Assembly (NCBI GenBank): GCA_017960565.1
Contig: JAGCYY010000019.1
Location: forward strand, 1-63,954
Length of the DNA: 63,954 nucleotides
Source: a bacterium
GTDB lineage: Bacteria > Bacillota_I > Bacilli_A > Izemoplasmatales > UBA1188
Direction: 5' to 3'
Positions within the stretch are counted from its first letter, which is position 1; every line of letters starts with the position of its first letter. Shown piece after piece: positions 8,426 to 17,549 of this stretch. A program made the translations under genes and the position numbers. A model generated the notes under the pieces. The model did not search any database. It was given only the letters and a program-made list of their open reading frames with translations, and had not been told where the DNA came from.

Positions 8426-9760
8426 TTATGTGTCTATGTTTACCTTTTTTAAGTTTTCGATAATTTCATTATAATCAACATATTGCACAAAAGGAATTCC
8501 GCCAAACAAACCTTTCATATATCTTAATCGAGCGCTATTAGAATCTTGCAACTTATATTCAGATAAACAAACAATCTCTTTAAATCCATCATAATTTCCA
8601 TTTATAATGTAAACATATTTAGCATCCAACGATTCCAATAGGCTAGTATTATGTGTTGTAAAAATCAACTGACCAGTAATATAATCTTTCATTGAATCTA
8701 TAACAACCTTTAATAGCAAATCATGTATTCCATTATCAACTTCATCAATTATAATAGTACAGCCACAAAAGGCGCCAAACAAATATCTTAATATTTCTAA
8801 TATTTTTCTAGTTCCTGTAGATTCATTCTCAACAGGTATTTTTCTAATTTTGCCATTGATATACTTGTTAAATAAGAGTTTATACTTTATTCTCTTATCA
8901 TCTATTTTTTCTGCAAATTCAACTTTTTTTATATCCGAATAAGTTTGTATGAAAAAATCATTTAATATTTTCTCTGTGTTTAAAAGCAACCATTTGTTTT
9001 CTTTATCTATTGATCCGGATTCTAAGTCAAAAAGGAAATTGATTTTCTTGCATGAATCGACTCTAGAAATACCATCACCACTCTTAATCATAATAGATGT
9101 TTCGCTTATCATGTTATGAAAATCATATAGATAGTTAGATATATTTTCCTGTATATAATCATTGTTCAAATTATTAAGCATATCATAAACAATAGAAATG
9201 AGTGAATGTTTTCCCCAATACTTCAATATTCTATCAATAACCTCTGATATAATCTTATTACTCTTAAAAACCTGAGTTGATAATTTAGGATTCTTTATAT
9301 CTTCGCTTGATATTTCGAAAACAGTGCCACTTTGTTTACCGGTAAAATAATATAATTTTTCATATACTATAACATCATTATATTCAATTATATAGCTACC
9401 TTCATGACCATTAACTTCAAAACCATATTCGAGTCTAGAATTATCCTCACATTGAATTGTTCTTGAACTCTTGAACAAATTAGAAAGTGTTTGTTCATTC
9501 ATGTATCTAATCAAAATTGGTGGCACTTCTCTATTTTCTTGTTCTTCTAAAAATCTAAGAAATCTAACCTCTCTTTTTTCTAAATCAAATGTATGTATTA
9601 GATTCTGCAAAAAATAAAAAGAACGAATTAAAGTTGATTTACCACATCCGTTTTCGCCATAAATTACAGCTATTTTTTTTATTTTGTCCCTGGTTTCCTT
9701 TAAATCAAATGTAACATTATTTAATGAAAGGAAATTGTTCAATTTTACATATGTAAACAT
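8426..9760 (-). CDS. AAA_21-type ABC ATPase (AbiLi/RloA-like), 444 aa
   Basis: Walker A YGENGCGKSTLI. ESTGTRKILEIL signature-like motif. TIIIDEVDNGIHD Walker B. LIFTTHNTSLL H-loop. C-terminal RYMKGLFGGIP is typical of this family. Confidence 0.8.
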   Translation of the reverse strand: MFTYVKLNNFLSLNNVTFDLKETRDKIKKIAVIYGENGCGKSTLIRSFYFLQNLIHTFDLEKREVRFLRFLEEQENREVPPILIRYMNEQTLSNLFKSSRTIQCEDNSRLEYGFEVNGHEGSYIIEYNDVIVYEKLYYFTGKQSGTVFEISSEDIKNPKLSTQVFKSNKIISEVIDRILKYWGKHSLISIVYDMLNNLNNDYIQENISNYLYDFHNMISETSIMIKSGDGISRVDSCKKINFLFDLESGSIDKENKWLLLNTEKILNDFFIQTYSDIKKVEFAEKIDDKRIKYKLLFNKYINGKIRKIPVENESTGTRKILEILRYLFGAFCGCTIIIDEVDNGIHDLLLKVVIDSMKDYITGQLIFTTHNTSLLESLDAKYVYIINGNYDGFKEIVCLSEYKLQDSNSARLRYMKGLFGGIPFVQYVDYNEIIENLKKVNIDT

Positions 9761-9786
9761 TTCATAGCCCTCCTAATCTCACATAT

Positions 9787-9815
9787 ATTTTAATATTTTT
9801 ATACACTTTAGTCAA
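9787..9815 (-). promoter_or_regulatory. Sigma-A-type promoter of the 8426..9760 ATPase pair
   Basis: Minus strand: TTGACT (9810..9815), a 17-nt spacer, TAAAAT (9787..9792), then an AGGAGGG RBS before the ATG at 9760. Confidence 0.55.
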
Positions 9816-9971
9816 TAACTTTGTTGTTTTTAATATATTTTATAGATATTTTGTGAATCTTTTGCTTTAATATCACTATATCTTTACAAAGTGTTAATAA
9901 AGTGATTATATTATTAATTGTTTTATATTTTCTAAAAACGCTTTCATTATATGATTATTATAACCACTACA

Positions 9972-10000
9972 ACAAAAAAAGGAGAACTTATGAGTTCTCC
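9972..10000 (-). terminator. Rho-independent terminator after the ugd fragment
   Basis: GGAGAACT-tatg-AGTTCTCC perfect 8-bp stem (9981..10000), followed on the minus strand by a T7 run (9974..9980). Confidence 0.7.
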
Positions 10001-10022
10001 ACATTTTATATGTTTTTAACAT

Positions 10023-10403
10023 TTAGTCTCTTCTAAATAAATCTCTTGTGTATGTTTTATTTTCTACATCATCTAATGAACTATCATATCTATTAGCTAT
10101 AATAGCATTTGATAGTTTTTTAAATTCATCTAGGTTATTTATTACTTTACTACCAAAGAATTCGCTACCATCTTCTAATGTTGGTTCATATATAATAACA
10201 TTTACACCTTTAGCTTTAATTCTCTTCATTATTCCTTGAATAGATGATTGTCTAAAGTTATCACTATTAGATTTCATTGTGAGTCTATAGATTCCAACTG
10301 TAATTCTATTAGCTTTAGTTTCATTAAAGCCAGCTATTTCTAATACTCTATAAGAAATAAAGTCTTTTCTTGTTCTATTGGATTCAATAGTAGTAGATAA
10401 CAC
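10023..10403 (-). pseudogene. ugd: C-terminal 126-codon fragment of a second, diverged UDP-glucose 6-dehydrogenase allele
   Basis: ..[72 protein letters not shown] aligns with the last ~125 aa of 13336..14538, with roughly 70 % identity by eye. The N-terminal two-thirds of the gene are absent. Confidence 0.85.
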
Positions 10404-10452
10404 ATTATTTATTTCTTTGTTGATTGTTTATACTATCAATAAACGATGAAAA

Positions 10453-12870
10453 TCATTTATTTATATTGCTCATAATTCCAATTAACTCTTTTGCTGCATC
10501 ATCACTTATTTCTGAAAAAATTCCCTTTTTGACATTTTTTAGTTGTCTTTCAGAAATATGTTCCGGATCAATTTTTTTATAAATTATACCTCTAAGTGCG
10601 GAAAGTTTATCATCGTTTGGAGAACATAATAATCCGTAATTGCAAACTTCTAATGCTTCATCATACTTGCCTAATTCCATTAAATACTTAGCATGTGCGT
10701 CAGATGTACGTCCGTTTTTGTAAAGATTATTTTTATCGTTTTGCTGATAATATGCTTTTTTAAAATGAAAAATAATCTCATCGCTTAGTGAAACAATCTC
10801 ATTTTTGTTATGATAAAAACGAGTAAGTGCAACCGCCAATCCAAAGTGATAATTTTGAAAATCACGAATGGAAAGAGCTCTTTTAAAATAGTCTATAGCT
10901 ACATCATTTTTCTTAATGTATGACAAGTAAAATGCATATTCAGCAATATAATAATCATTATCTTGATCGAGCTTTATTGCGCTTTCATAATCATTTCTTA
11001 TCTCGGTGACGTTGTCATCAGCTTTATTTTCTAATTCCGCTTTAAAAAAATATAAGTATGCAAAATTTGGAATTTCATTTATTAATTTTATTATTTCTTC
11101 TTTGATGTCTACATAATTGAACTCAGCATCAAATTTCCTTCTTAATTCTCTTGTTGCCAAATAAGCTTTTTTTCGTTCAAAATCAAATGCTTTGACTCTA
11201 TTAAATAAACTGATTTCATAAGAACTAATTTGTGTTTTTGTTTTAGACCATTCATAATAATTATTACTGATGTTTTCCTTGCCTTTTAAATCAATGTCTT
11301 TCATTTGTTTATTTACAAAAACTTTAACGAGAGGCTGACATGTATAGTTTTGATTTACTTGTGAACAAAAAGAACAAGTAAATAAATTTATCATTGCATT
11401 ATTTATATCGCTGTCATCAACTTTCAAAATATAACGTAAATCAGCAATAGAAAATTCTTCTCCACTAATGTCAGAAATAGACATAACAAACAAAATCTTT
11501 TTTTCTAGAATGCTTAAATTATCAAAAGTACTTTTGAAACAAAACTTCATAACAGAATCGTAATATGAGTTATTCTTTTTCATATTACGAAGAGTATTTA
11601 CAATTGCTTCTACGTTTCCACCATTAGATATTTTATATACTATAAGATTTATCAATATTGGAGAACCATGAACCAGTTCAATTAAATCATTCAAATACTT
11701 GTTTATATGAGATAGCAATTCTTTCTTTCTAGATAATGCATATTCATCAAGACAATTACTAACATACTGAAAGAATTGTGTCTTATCAAAGCCAACTAAA
11801 TCAATTCTTTTATAAGTATCTGTCATACTTGTTCTAGTAGTAAAAATAATTCTACAATTTAATGGTATTTCTCTAGTAAATTTTAAAATATCTTCGTTAG
11901 TAATTGTTTCCATATTGTCCATAACAATTATAGAATTATATTTTAACAATTTATCTAAAATATCATTTTTTAAATCGTTTTCATCCTTCCCAAAAGTATC
12001 TATTGATAATACATCTGTAAATGTTTCAATCATTTCGCTAAAAGATAGTTCAGATTCTCTTAAGGGTGCTATGTATCCTGTCGATGAAAAAGTATCAAGT
12101 TTTCCAGTTATCCAAATAACGTACTTTATTTGAATATTTAGTTTTATTTCACCACTACATATCCTATCACAAAAATTTCTAACGAAGGATGTTTTCCCGA
12201 TGCCACCCAAACCATTGATTTGAGCGCATCTTATTCTATCGTTGTTTAACGAATCTAAAAGGATTTCTAAATCATTTTTTCTATCTATATATGTTTTATA
12301 TGGAGGAGCAATTTTATTAAGATTTGTAATTATTGACATATTTGAAGCTCTTAAAGAAAAGAAACTTTTGTCATCATTTACACGACATGAACTAGATTTA
12401 ATACGACCATATATATCGTCTTTAGAAAAAACATGTTTTAGTTCTTTCGTCCCATTTGCTTTTGTTCGATAGTATTCTCCATCTTTTGTGAAGACAATCG
12501 GATTGTCTTCTTTTTTATCAATTGTTAGGAGAACAAAAATATCATTATCTAGTTCATATTTACCTATTTGAAAATTAGGAACACAATCGACATATTTTTT
12601 AATGAATGGAACAATGTAGCTATCATCGGCATTTTCTATAGTTGATCTACTATCCAGGCCAATCCAATCACAATCCCTATCGGTTACTCCAAAAATAATG
12701 TATCCTCCTTCGGTGTTTGCAAAAGAAACAATATCCTTTGTTAATTCTAATTTTTCTCTTGTTTCATCAAACTTAAAACATTCTTTGTAATCAATATTTT
12801 CGCTTTCCGCATTTACTTGTTGGTTCTTTATTCTTTGTAATACTTCCTTTGAGTTTTTAAAGTCAGGCAT
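10453..12870 (-). CDS. STAND NTPase with N-terminal AlbA_2/Schlafen-like domain and C-terminal TPR-like repeats (Avs/bNACHT-like antiviral candidate), about 805 aa
   Basis: N-terminal ESENIDYKECF..IVSFANTEGGYIIFGVTD (AlbA_2 signature). P-loop INGLGGIGKTSF. Walker B IIVMDNMETI. The C-terminal ~250 aa contain repeated Y/A/L helical pairs (AIKLDQDNDYYIAEYAFYLSYIKKNDVAIDYFKRAL.., AHAKYLMELGKYDEALEVCNYGLL). The start is set at the ATG at 12870, which has an AGAGGA RBS. The stop is TGA. Confidence 0.75.
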   Translation of the reverse strand: MPDFKNSKEVLQRIKNQQVNAESENIDYKECFKFDETREKLELTKDIVSFANTEGGYIIFGVTDRDCDWIGLDSRSTIENADDSYIVPFIKKYVDCVPNFQIGKYELDNDIFVLLTIDKKEDNPIVFTKDGEYYRTKANGTKELKHVFSKDDIYGRIKSSSCRVNDDKSFFSLRASNMSIITNLNKIAPPYKTYIDRKNDLEILLDSLNNDRIRCAQINGLGGIGKTSFVRNFCDRICSGEIKLNIQIKYVIWITGKLDTFSSTGYIAPLRESELSFSEMIETFTDVLSIDTFGKDENDLKNDILDKLLKYNSIIVMDNMETITNEDILKFTREIPLNCRIIFTTRTSMTDTYKRIDLVGFDKTQFFQYVSNCLDEYALSRKKELLSHINKYLNDLIELVHGSPILINLIVYKISNGGNVEAIVNTLRNMKKNNSYYDSVMKFCFKSTFDNLSILEKKILFVMSISDISGEEFSIADLRYILKVDDSDINNAMINLFTCSFCSQVNQNYTCQPLVKVFVNKQMKDIDLKGKENISNNYYEWSKTKTQISSYEISLFNRVKAFDFERKKAYLATRELRRKFDAEFNYVDIKEEIIKLINEIPNFAYLYFFKAELENKADDNVTEIRNDYESAIKLDQDNDYYIAEYAFYLSYIKKNDVAIDYFKRALSIRDFQNYHFGLAVALTRFYHNKNEIVSLSDEIIFHFKKAYYQQNDKNNLYKNGRTSDAHAKYLMELGKYDEALEVCNYGLLCSPNDDKLSALRGIIYKKIDPEHISERQLKNVKKGIFSEISDDAAKELIGIMSNINK

Positions 12871-12892
12871 ATTTTTCCTCTTTTTATGTAAA

Positions 12893-12900
12893 ATTATACA
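12893..12900 (-). promoter_or_regulatory. Extended -10 element (TGTATAAT) upstream of the STAND gene
   Basis: The minus strand reads gcTGTATAATttta about 22 nt upstream of the ATG at 12870. I found no good -35. Confidence 0.35.
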
Positions 12901-12977
12901 GCTTTTTAAAATGAGATTTTTACGCATAATTATTTGTAATAACGTTTTTATATAGATCAAACAAGAAATTAGATTTT

Positions 12978-13310
12978 TCATCTATTTCCATACATCTTTT
13001 CGTAGTATTCTTTATAATTACCACTAGTACATTCTTTCATCCAATCCATATGGTTTTTATACCATTTTATTGTTAGTTTAATGTCATCTTTAAACATTGT
13101 AGTTGGTTTCCATCCAAGTTCTTTCATTGCTTTGGATGGATCGATAGCGTATCTTAAATTGTGTCCTTTTCTATCAGTTACATATATTATCAAACTTTCT
13201 GGTTTATTTAATTCTTTTAATATTATTTTAACTATTTCTATATAGCTTTTTCGTTATGACCACCTAGATTATATACTTCTCCTACTTTTCCTTTTTCTAG
13301 TACAGCAAGT
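12978..13310 (-). pseudogene. rfbB: 3' fragment of a dTDP-glucose 4,6-dehydratase gene, copy 2 (frameshifted)
   Basis: Reads [23 protein letters not shown] and then, after a 1-nt shift, ..IIYVTDRKGHNLRYAIDPSKAMKELGWKPTTMFKDDIKLTIKWYKNHMDWMKECTSGNYKEYYEKMYGNR*. It is truncated at the same ..gtacagcaagt breakpoint as copy 1. Confidence 0.85.
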
Positions 13311-13335
13311 CGAGTAATCAGAAACTATGTTTTAG

Positions 13336-14538
13336 TTAATCTCTTCTAAATAAATCTCTTGTATATACTTTAGTTTCTACATCATCTAAGTTGTTATCAT
13401 ATCTATTAGCTATAATACAACTACAATGCTTCTTAAAGCTATTTAAATCATTAACCACTAATGAACCAAAGAATTCACTACCATCTTCTAATGTTGGTTC
13501 ATATATTATAACTTTAACACCTTTAGCTTTAATTCTTTTCATTACACCTTGTATAGAAGATGCTCTAAAGTTATCACTATTGGATTTCATAGTTAATCTA
13601 TATAATCCAATAGTTATCTTATTAGCATTCTTCTCAGTATAATTAGCTTTTGATAATACTGCTTCAGCTATATGATCTTTTCTTGTTCTATTAGATTCTA
13701 CTATTGCTGATATCAAATTTTCAGGAACATCCTGAAAATTTGCTTTTAATTGCTTAGTATCTTTTGGAAGACAATAACCACCATAACCAAAAGATGGGTT
13801 ATTGTAATGTGTTCCAATTCTTGGATCTAAACATACACCATTAATAATATCTTTTGTATTTAATCCTTTTATCTCAGCATAAGTATCTAATTCATTAAAA
13901 TAAGATACTCTAAGTGCTAAATATGTATTAGCGAATAGTTTAACAGCTTCAGCTTCTGTTAAACCCATATATAGAATTGGAACATCTTCTTTTAATGCTC
14001 CTTCTTTTAATAGATTCGCAAATACTATAGCTTCCTTTTTATTCTCTTCTTCACATCCAACAATTATTCTTGATGGATATAGATTATCTTCAAGAGCTTT
14101 TGATTCTCTTAAGAATTCAGGAGAGAATAAAATACTATTAGAATTATATTTTTTTCTAATATATTCAGTATATCCTACTGGAATAGTTGATTTGATAACC
14201 ATAATAGCATTAGGATTAATTTTTAATACTAATTCTATTACACTTTCAACTGCTGAAGTATCAAAGAAATTTTTGATTGGATCATAATTAGTTGGAGCTG
14301 CAATAATCACAAATTCAGCATCTTTATATGCCTTATCGGCATCTAAAGTAGCAACTAAATTAAGTTTCTTTTCTTTTAAATACTTTTCAATATATTCATC
14401 TTGAATAGGTGATATCTTATTATTAATTTTATCTACCTTTTCCTTAATAATATCTACGGCATATACTTCATTGTTTTGAGCAAGCAAAACTGCCAGAGAT
14501 AGTCCTAAGTATCCTGTTCCTGCAACAGCTATTTTCAT
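13336..14538 (-). CDS. ugd: UDP-glucose 6-dehydrogenase
   Basis: [14 protein letters not shown] Rossmann start. Catalytic region [14 protein letters not shown]. Full length is ~400 aa. The start is set at the MKIAVAG ATG. Confidence 0.9.
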   Translation of the reverse strand: MKIAVAGTGYLGLSLAVLLAQNNEVYAVDIIKEKVDKINNKISPIQDEYIEKYLKEKKLNLVATLDADKAYKDAEFVIIAAPTNYDPIKNFFDTSAVESVIELVLKINPNAIMVIKSTIPVGYTEYIRKKYNSNSILFSPEFLRESKALEDNLYPSRIIVGCEEENKKEAIVFANLLKEGALKEDVPILYMGLTEAEAVKLFANTYLALRVSYFNELDTYAEIKGLNTKDIINGVCLDPRIGTHYNNPSFGYGGYCLPKDTKQLKANFQDVPENLISAIVESNRTRKDHIAEAVLSKANYTEKNANKITIGLYRLTMKSNSDNFRASSIQGVMKRIKAKGVKVIIYEPTLEDGSEFFGSLVVNDLNSFKKHCSCIIANRYDNNLDDVETKVYTRDLFRRD

Positions 14539-14569
14539 AAAAAATCGTTTCCCCTTAATAAACAAATTT

Positions 14570-15304
14570 TTATTCTATTCCGTTATATATTTTTTGTACT
14601 TTTTCGTAACTTTCTAAATTTCCTATATCATATCTATTTCCTGGCATTTCCATCGCATGAATAGTTCTATTCTTGCATAACCAACTTATGAAACTTCCAG
14701 GAGCGTCTGTATTGCATCCATCCTTAATTGCTTCATTAATCAGTTTTATATCTTCTTTAAGATAGTAATAGAATGGAGGTGTACACCAATGTGTTTCTGG
14801 TGTTAATGATTTTTCTGTCATTCTTAATACTCTATCAGAATCATCTATTGTTACAACACCACATTTAATGAGCTTATCAATATCTTTCTCATAATATCTC
14901 ATAACACAAGATGTAGCTTTATTAATTGAATAATCAATAAAACTATTGAGTGAAAAATCAAGTAGGTTGTCTCCAGCAATTATTAATAGATCATCATCAA
15001 GGTTTAGTTTATCTATTGCATATTTTATATCTAATACAGCACCAAGTCTTTCTTCATTAGTCATTGTCATATCATCAATGACACAAACATTTATATTCTT
15101 TGTTTTCGACCAATCATAAAAATGATTGTAATATTTATGATTTGATATGACGATATATTCATCTACTTTTTTAGATGTTTCTATGTCATCTATTAGCCAA
15201 TCTATGATTGTTTTATTTTTAACTTTAAGAAGTGGCTTTGGAAAGTTCTCTGTAAGTGGATATAGTCTTGTTGCATATCCAGCAGCTAATATTAAACACT
15301 TCAT
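14570..15304 (-). CDS. Sugar-1-phosphate nucleotidylyltransferase (NTP_transferase family)
   Basis: [26 protein letters not shown] is the canonical G-rich nucleotidyltransferase N-terminus. The start overlaps the upstream kinase stop by 4 nt. Confidence 0.8.
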   Translation of the reverse strand: MKCLILAAGYATRLYPLTENFPKPLLKVKNKTIIDWLIDDIETSKKVDEYIVISNHKYYNHFYDWSKTKNINVCVIDDMTMTNEERLGAVLDIKYAIDKLNLDDDLLIIAGDNLLDFSLNSFIDYSINKATSCVMRYYEKDIDKLIKCGVVTIDDSDRVLRMTEKSLTPETHWCTPPFYYYLKEDIKLINEAIKDGCNTDAPGSFISWLCKNRTIHAMEMPGNRYDIGNLESYEKVQKIYNGIE

Positions 15305-16491
15305 AATTTTACTCCATCATGAGGATGACAGATATGAGCACTATATTTTCCTTTAAGGTTTGGAAAGGCTTTTAGATACTCTTCTTCTACATTTTTTAGT
15401 ATTTCATCTTCAAACTTTGGATCTGCAAGAGCCATTACACATCCTTTAAAGCCAGCACCTGAGAATCTACCACCATAGATTCCTTTTGTTTTAGTCATTA
15501 TTTCATATAGTTTTATTAGTTCAGGAGATCCCGTTTCCCAGTTTTCTATAGACGATTTTCCACTAGCAAATGATAATCTTCCAAATTCTTCTATATCACC
15601 ATTTCTCCAAGCAAGAGCACCTTTTTCTACTCTCATAAATTCTGTATACCAGTGCTCGGCTCTTTTTCTGAAGTTATCTGGTAGGTTATCTTTATATTTA
15701 AGATATATTTCATATGAAACATCTCGTAAATTTGTTTCTTCAAATTTACCATAATCCATATTTGCGTATGCTTTAAGTGCATACGCTGCACTTCTACATT
15801 CATCTACTCTCATATTGAATTTAGAAGATGATAGTGATCTTTCTATTCCAGAGAAAAATATTATTATCTCAAATGGTTTCATATTCTTTGGTGTAGTTAT
15901 TATTTCATAACTATCATCTTTTAAATCCATATAAAGTAGTCCATCTTTTTTTGCATATATTTCACATGATTGGTCTAGTTTACCACAAGATACACCAACA
16001 TAGTTATTTTCAGCTTCTTTGGCTATTTCAATCATTTTAGATGGTTCTAACTTTATATTATTAAGTTTACATAATGCATTTAAGAATGTGATAATTACAG
16101 CAGCTGATGATGAGAGACCTCCTATTGGTAGTTCTCCATCAATAATAGCACATAAACCTATTCTAAGAGGATAATAAGAAGCAAGTGTTATGGTTGCACC
16201 TCTTAAGTAGTCAGCCCAATCGTTTTGCTTTTTAACTGGAGTTGAGAGGATGTGCCACTGTGCTCTTTTTGGAAACTGCATACTCCTTATTTCTATTACA
16301 CCATTTTGTTTTGCAGAATATGCAATATAGATGCCTTTATCTAAAGCAAAACCAGTTATTTTCCCTAACTGGTGATCAGAGTGAGCTCCAAGAGGGCAAA
16401 TTCTATAAGGAGTAAATTCGATGTTTTCTGGATTTCTCTTATATGTCTTTAAAAATGCTTCTTCTGCAGAGGTTTTAGTAATATTATTCAT
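15301..16491 (-). CDS. GHMP-family sugar 1-kinase (galactokinase/galacturonokinase-like)
   Basis: PYRICPLGAHSDHQLG replaces the GalK signature GRVNLIGEHTDY. GHMP motif II is PIGGLSSSAAV. C-terminal GGRFSGAGFKGC is also present. Confidence 0.75.
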   Translation of the reverse strand: MNNITKTSAEEAFLKTYKRNPENIEFTPYRICPLGAHSDHQLGKITGFALDKGIYIAYSAKQNGVIEIRSMQFPKRAQWHILSTPVKKQNDWADYLRGATITLASYYPLRIGLCAIIDGELPIGGLSSSAAVIITFLNALCKLNNIKLEPSKMIEIAKEAENNYVGVSCGKLDQSCEIYAKKDGLLYMDLKDDSYEIITTPKNMKPFEIIIFFSGIERSLSSSKFNMRVDECRSAAYALKAYANMDYGKFEETNLRDVSYEIYLKYKDNLPDNFRKRAEHWYTEFMRVEKGALAWRNGDIEEFGRLSFASGKSSIENWETGSPELIKLYEIMTKTKGIYGGRFSGAGFKGCVMALADPKFEDEILKNVEEEYLKAFPNLKGKYSAHICHPHDGVKL

Positions 16492-17548
16492 TGTTTTTAT
16501 TTCCTAAAATATAATAGTCATAATACCATTCTGAAAATTTCCTAAGACCTTGTCTTAGAGAAGTTGAAGGTTTAAATTCAAAATCTTTTTCTAGTTCAGA
16601 TGTATCAGCATATGTTGCTGGTACGTCACCAGGTTGCATTGGTACTAGTTTTTTATGTGCTTCAAAATCAAAATCTTTTGGTAATACTTTGGCTCTTATT
16701 AATTCTTCTGATAGAATCTGAACAAAATCTAATAGATTCTCTGGGTTATTGTTACCTATATTATAAATTTTATATGGAGGTAATGGTAATCCATCTTCTC
16801 CTGTTTTTTTAATAGGAGGCTTTTCCATTACTCTTACTATTCCTTCTACTATATCATCTATATAGGTAAAATCTCTTTTACAATTGCCATAGTTAAATAT
16901 TTCTATGGTTTCACCTTTTATTAGTTTATTGGTGAAACCAAAGTAAGCCATATCAGGCCTACCCATTGGTCCGTATACAGTAAAGAATCTTAGTCCTGTA
17001 GATGGTATATTATATAGTTTACTATATGCATGAGCTAGAAGCTCATTAGACTTCTTTGTCGCAGCATATAAACTTACTGGATTATCTACTTTATCATCTG
17101 TAGAAAATGGTATTTTCTTATTGCCACCATATACGGATGAACTTGATGCATATACTAGGTGTTCTACAGGGTGATTACGACAAGCTTCTAGTATATTATA
17201 GAATCCTATTATATTAGAATTAATATAAGCATCGGGATTAGTAATAGAATATCTAACGCCAGCTTGAGCAGCCAAATTCACTACGATGTCGAAATGGTAT
17301 TGTCGGAACAAGGATTCCAATAATGGCTTATCTGCCAAGTCGCCTTTTATGAATTTGTATGTGTTTTTGGTTTTTATTTGGCTCAGTTGATCAAGGCGGT
17401 ACTCTTTCAAAGAGACATCATAGTAATCGTTATTGTTATCGAACCCAATCAAGGTGCAATTCTCCGCCTCAATCAGAAGTCTTTTCATAAGATTGCTGCC
17501 TATGAATCCACTCGAGCCAGTTATTAATATTGTTTTGTTTTGGAACAT
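16484..17548 (-). CDS. UDP-glucuronate 4-epimerase-type NAD-dependent epimerase
   Basis: ILITGSSGFIGSNL, ASSSSVYG and YAATKKSNELLAHAY (YxxxK) motifs. It lies in context with ugd. The start is set at the MFQNK ATG at 17548. Confidence 0.8.
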   Translation of the reverse strand: MFQNKTILITGSSGFIGSNLMKRLLIEAENCTLIGFDNNNDYYDVSLKEYRLDQLSQIKTKNTYKFIKGDLADKPLLESLFRQYHFDIVVNLAAQAGVRYSITNPDAYINSNIIGFYNILEACRNHPVEHLVYASSSSVYGGNKKIPFSTDDKVDNPVSLYAATKKSNELLAHAYSKLYNIPSTGLRFFTVYGPMGRPDMAYFGFTNKLIKGETIEIFNYGNCKRDFTYIDDIVEGIVRVMEKPPIKKTGEDGLPLPPYKIYNIGNNNPENLLDFVQILSEELIRAKVLPKDFDFEAHKKLVPMQPGDVPATYADTSELEKDFEFKPSTSLRQGLRKFSEWYYDYYILGNKNNE

Positions 17549-17549
17549 T

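Noticed and set aside
12871-12981. N-terminal extensions of track ORFs: the STAND gene to 12981, fnlA to 7730, tnpB to 63104, the epimerase to 17590, ugd to 14565, and the GT to 28374.
   Set aside because: In each case an internal ATG with a good Shine-Dalgarno coincides with the family-typical N-terminus. The extension has no RBS, overlaps the upstream gene or pseudogene, and reads as hydrophobic nonsense.
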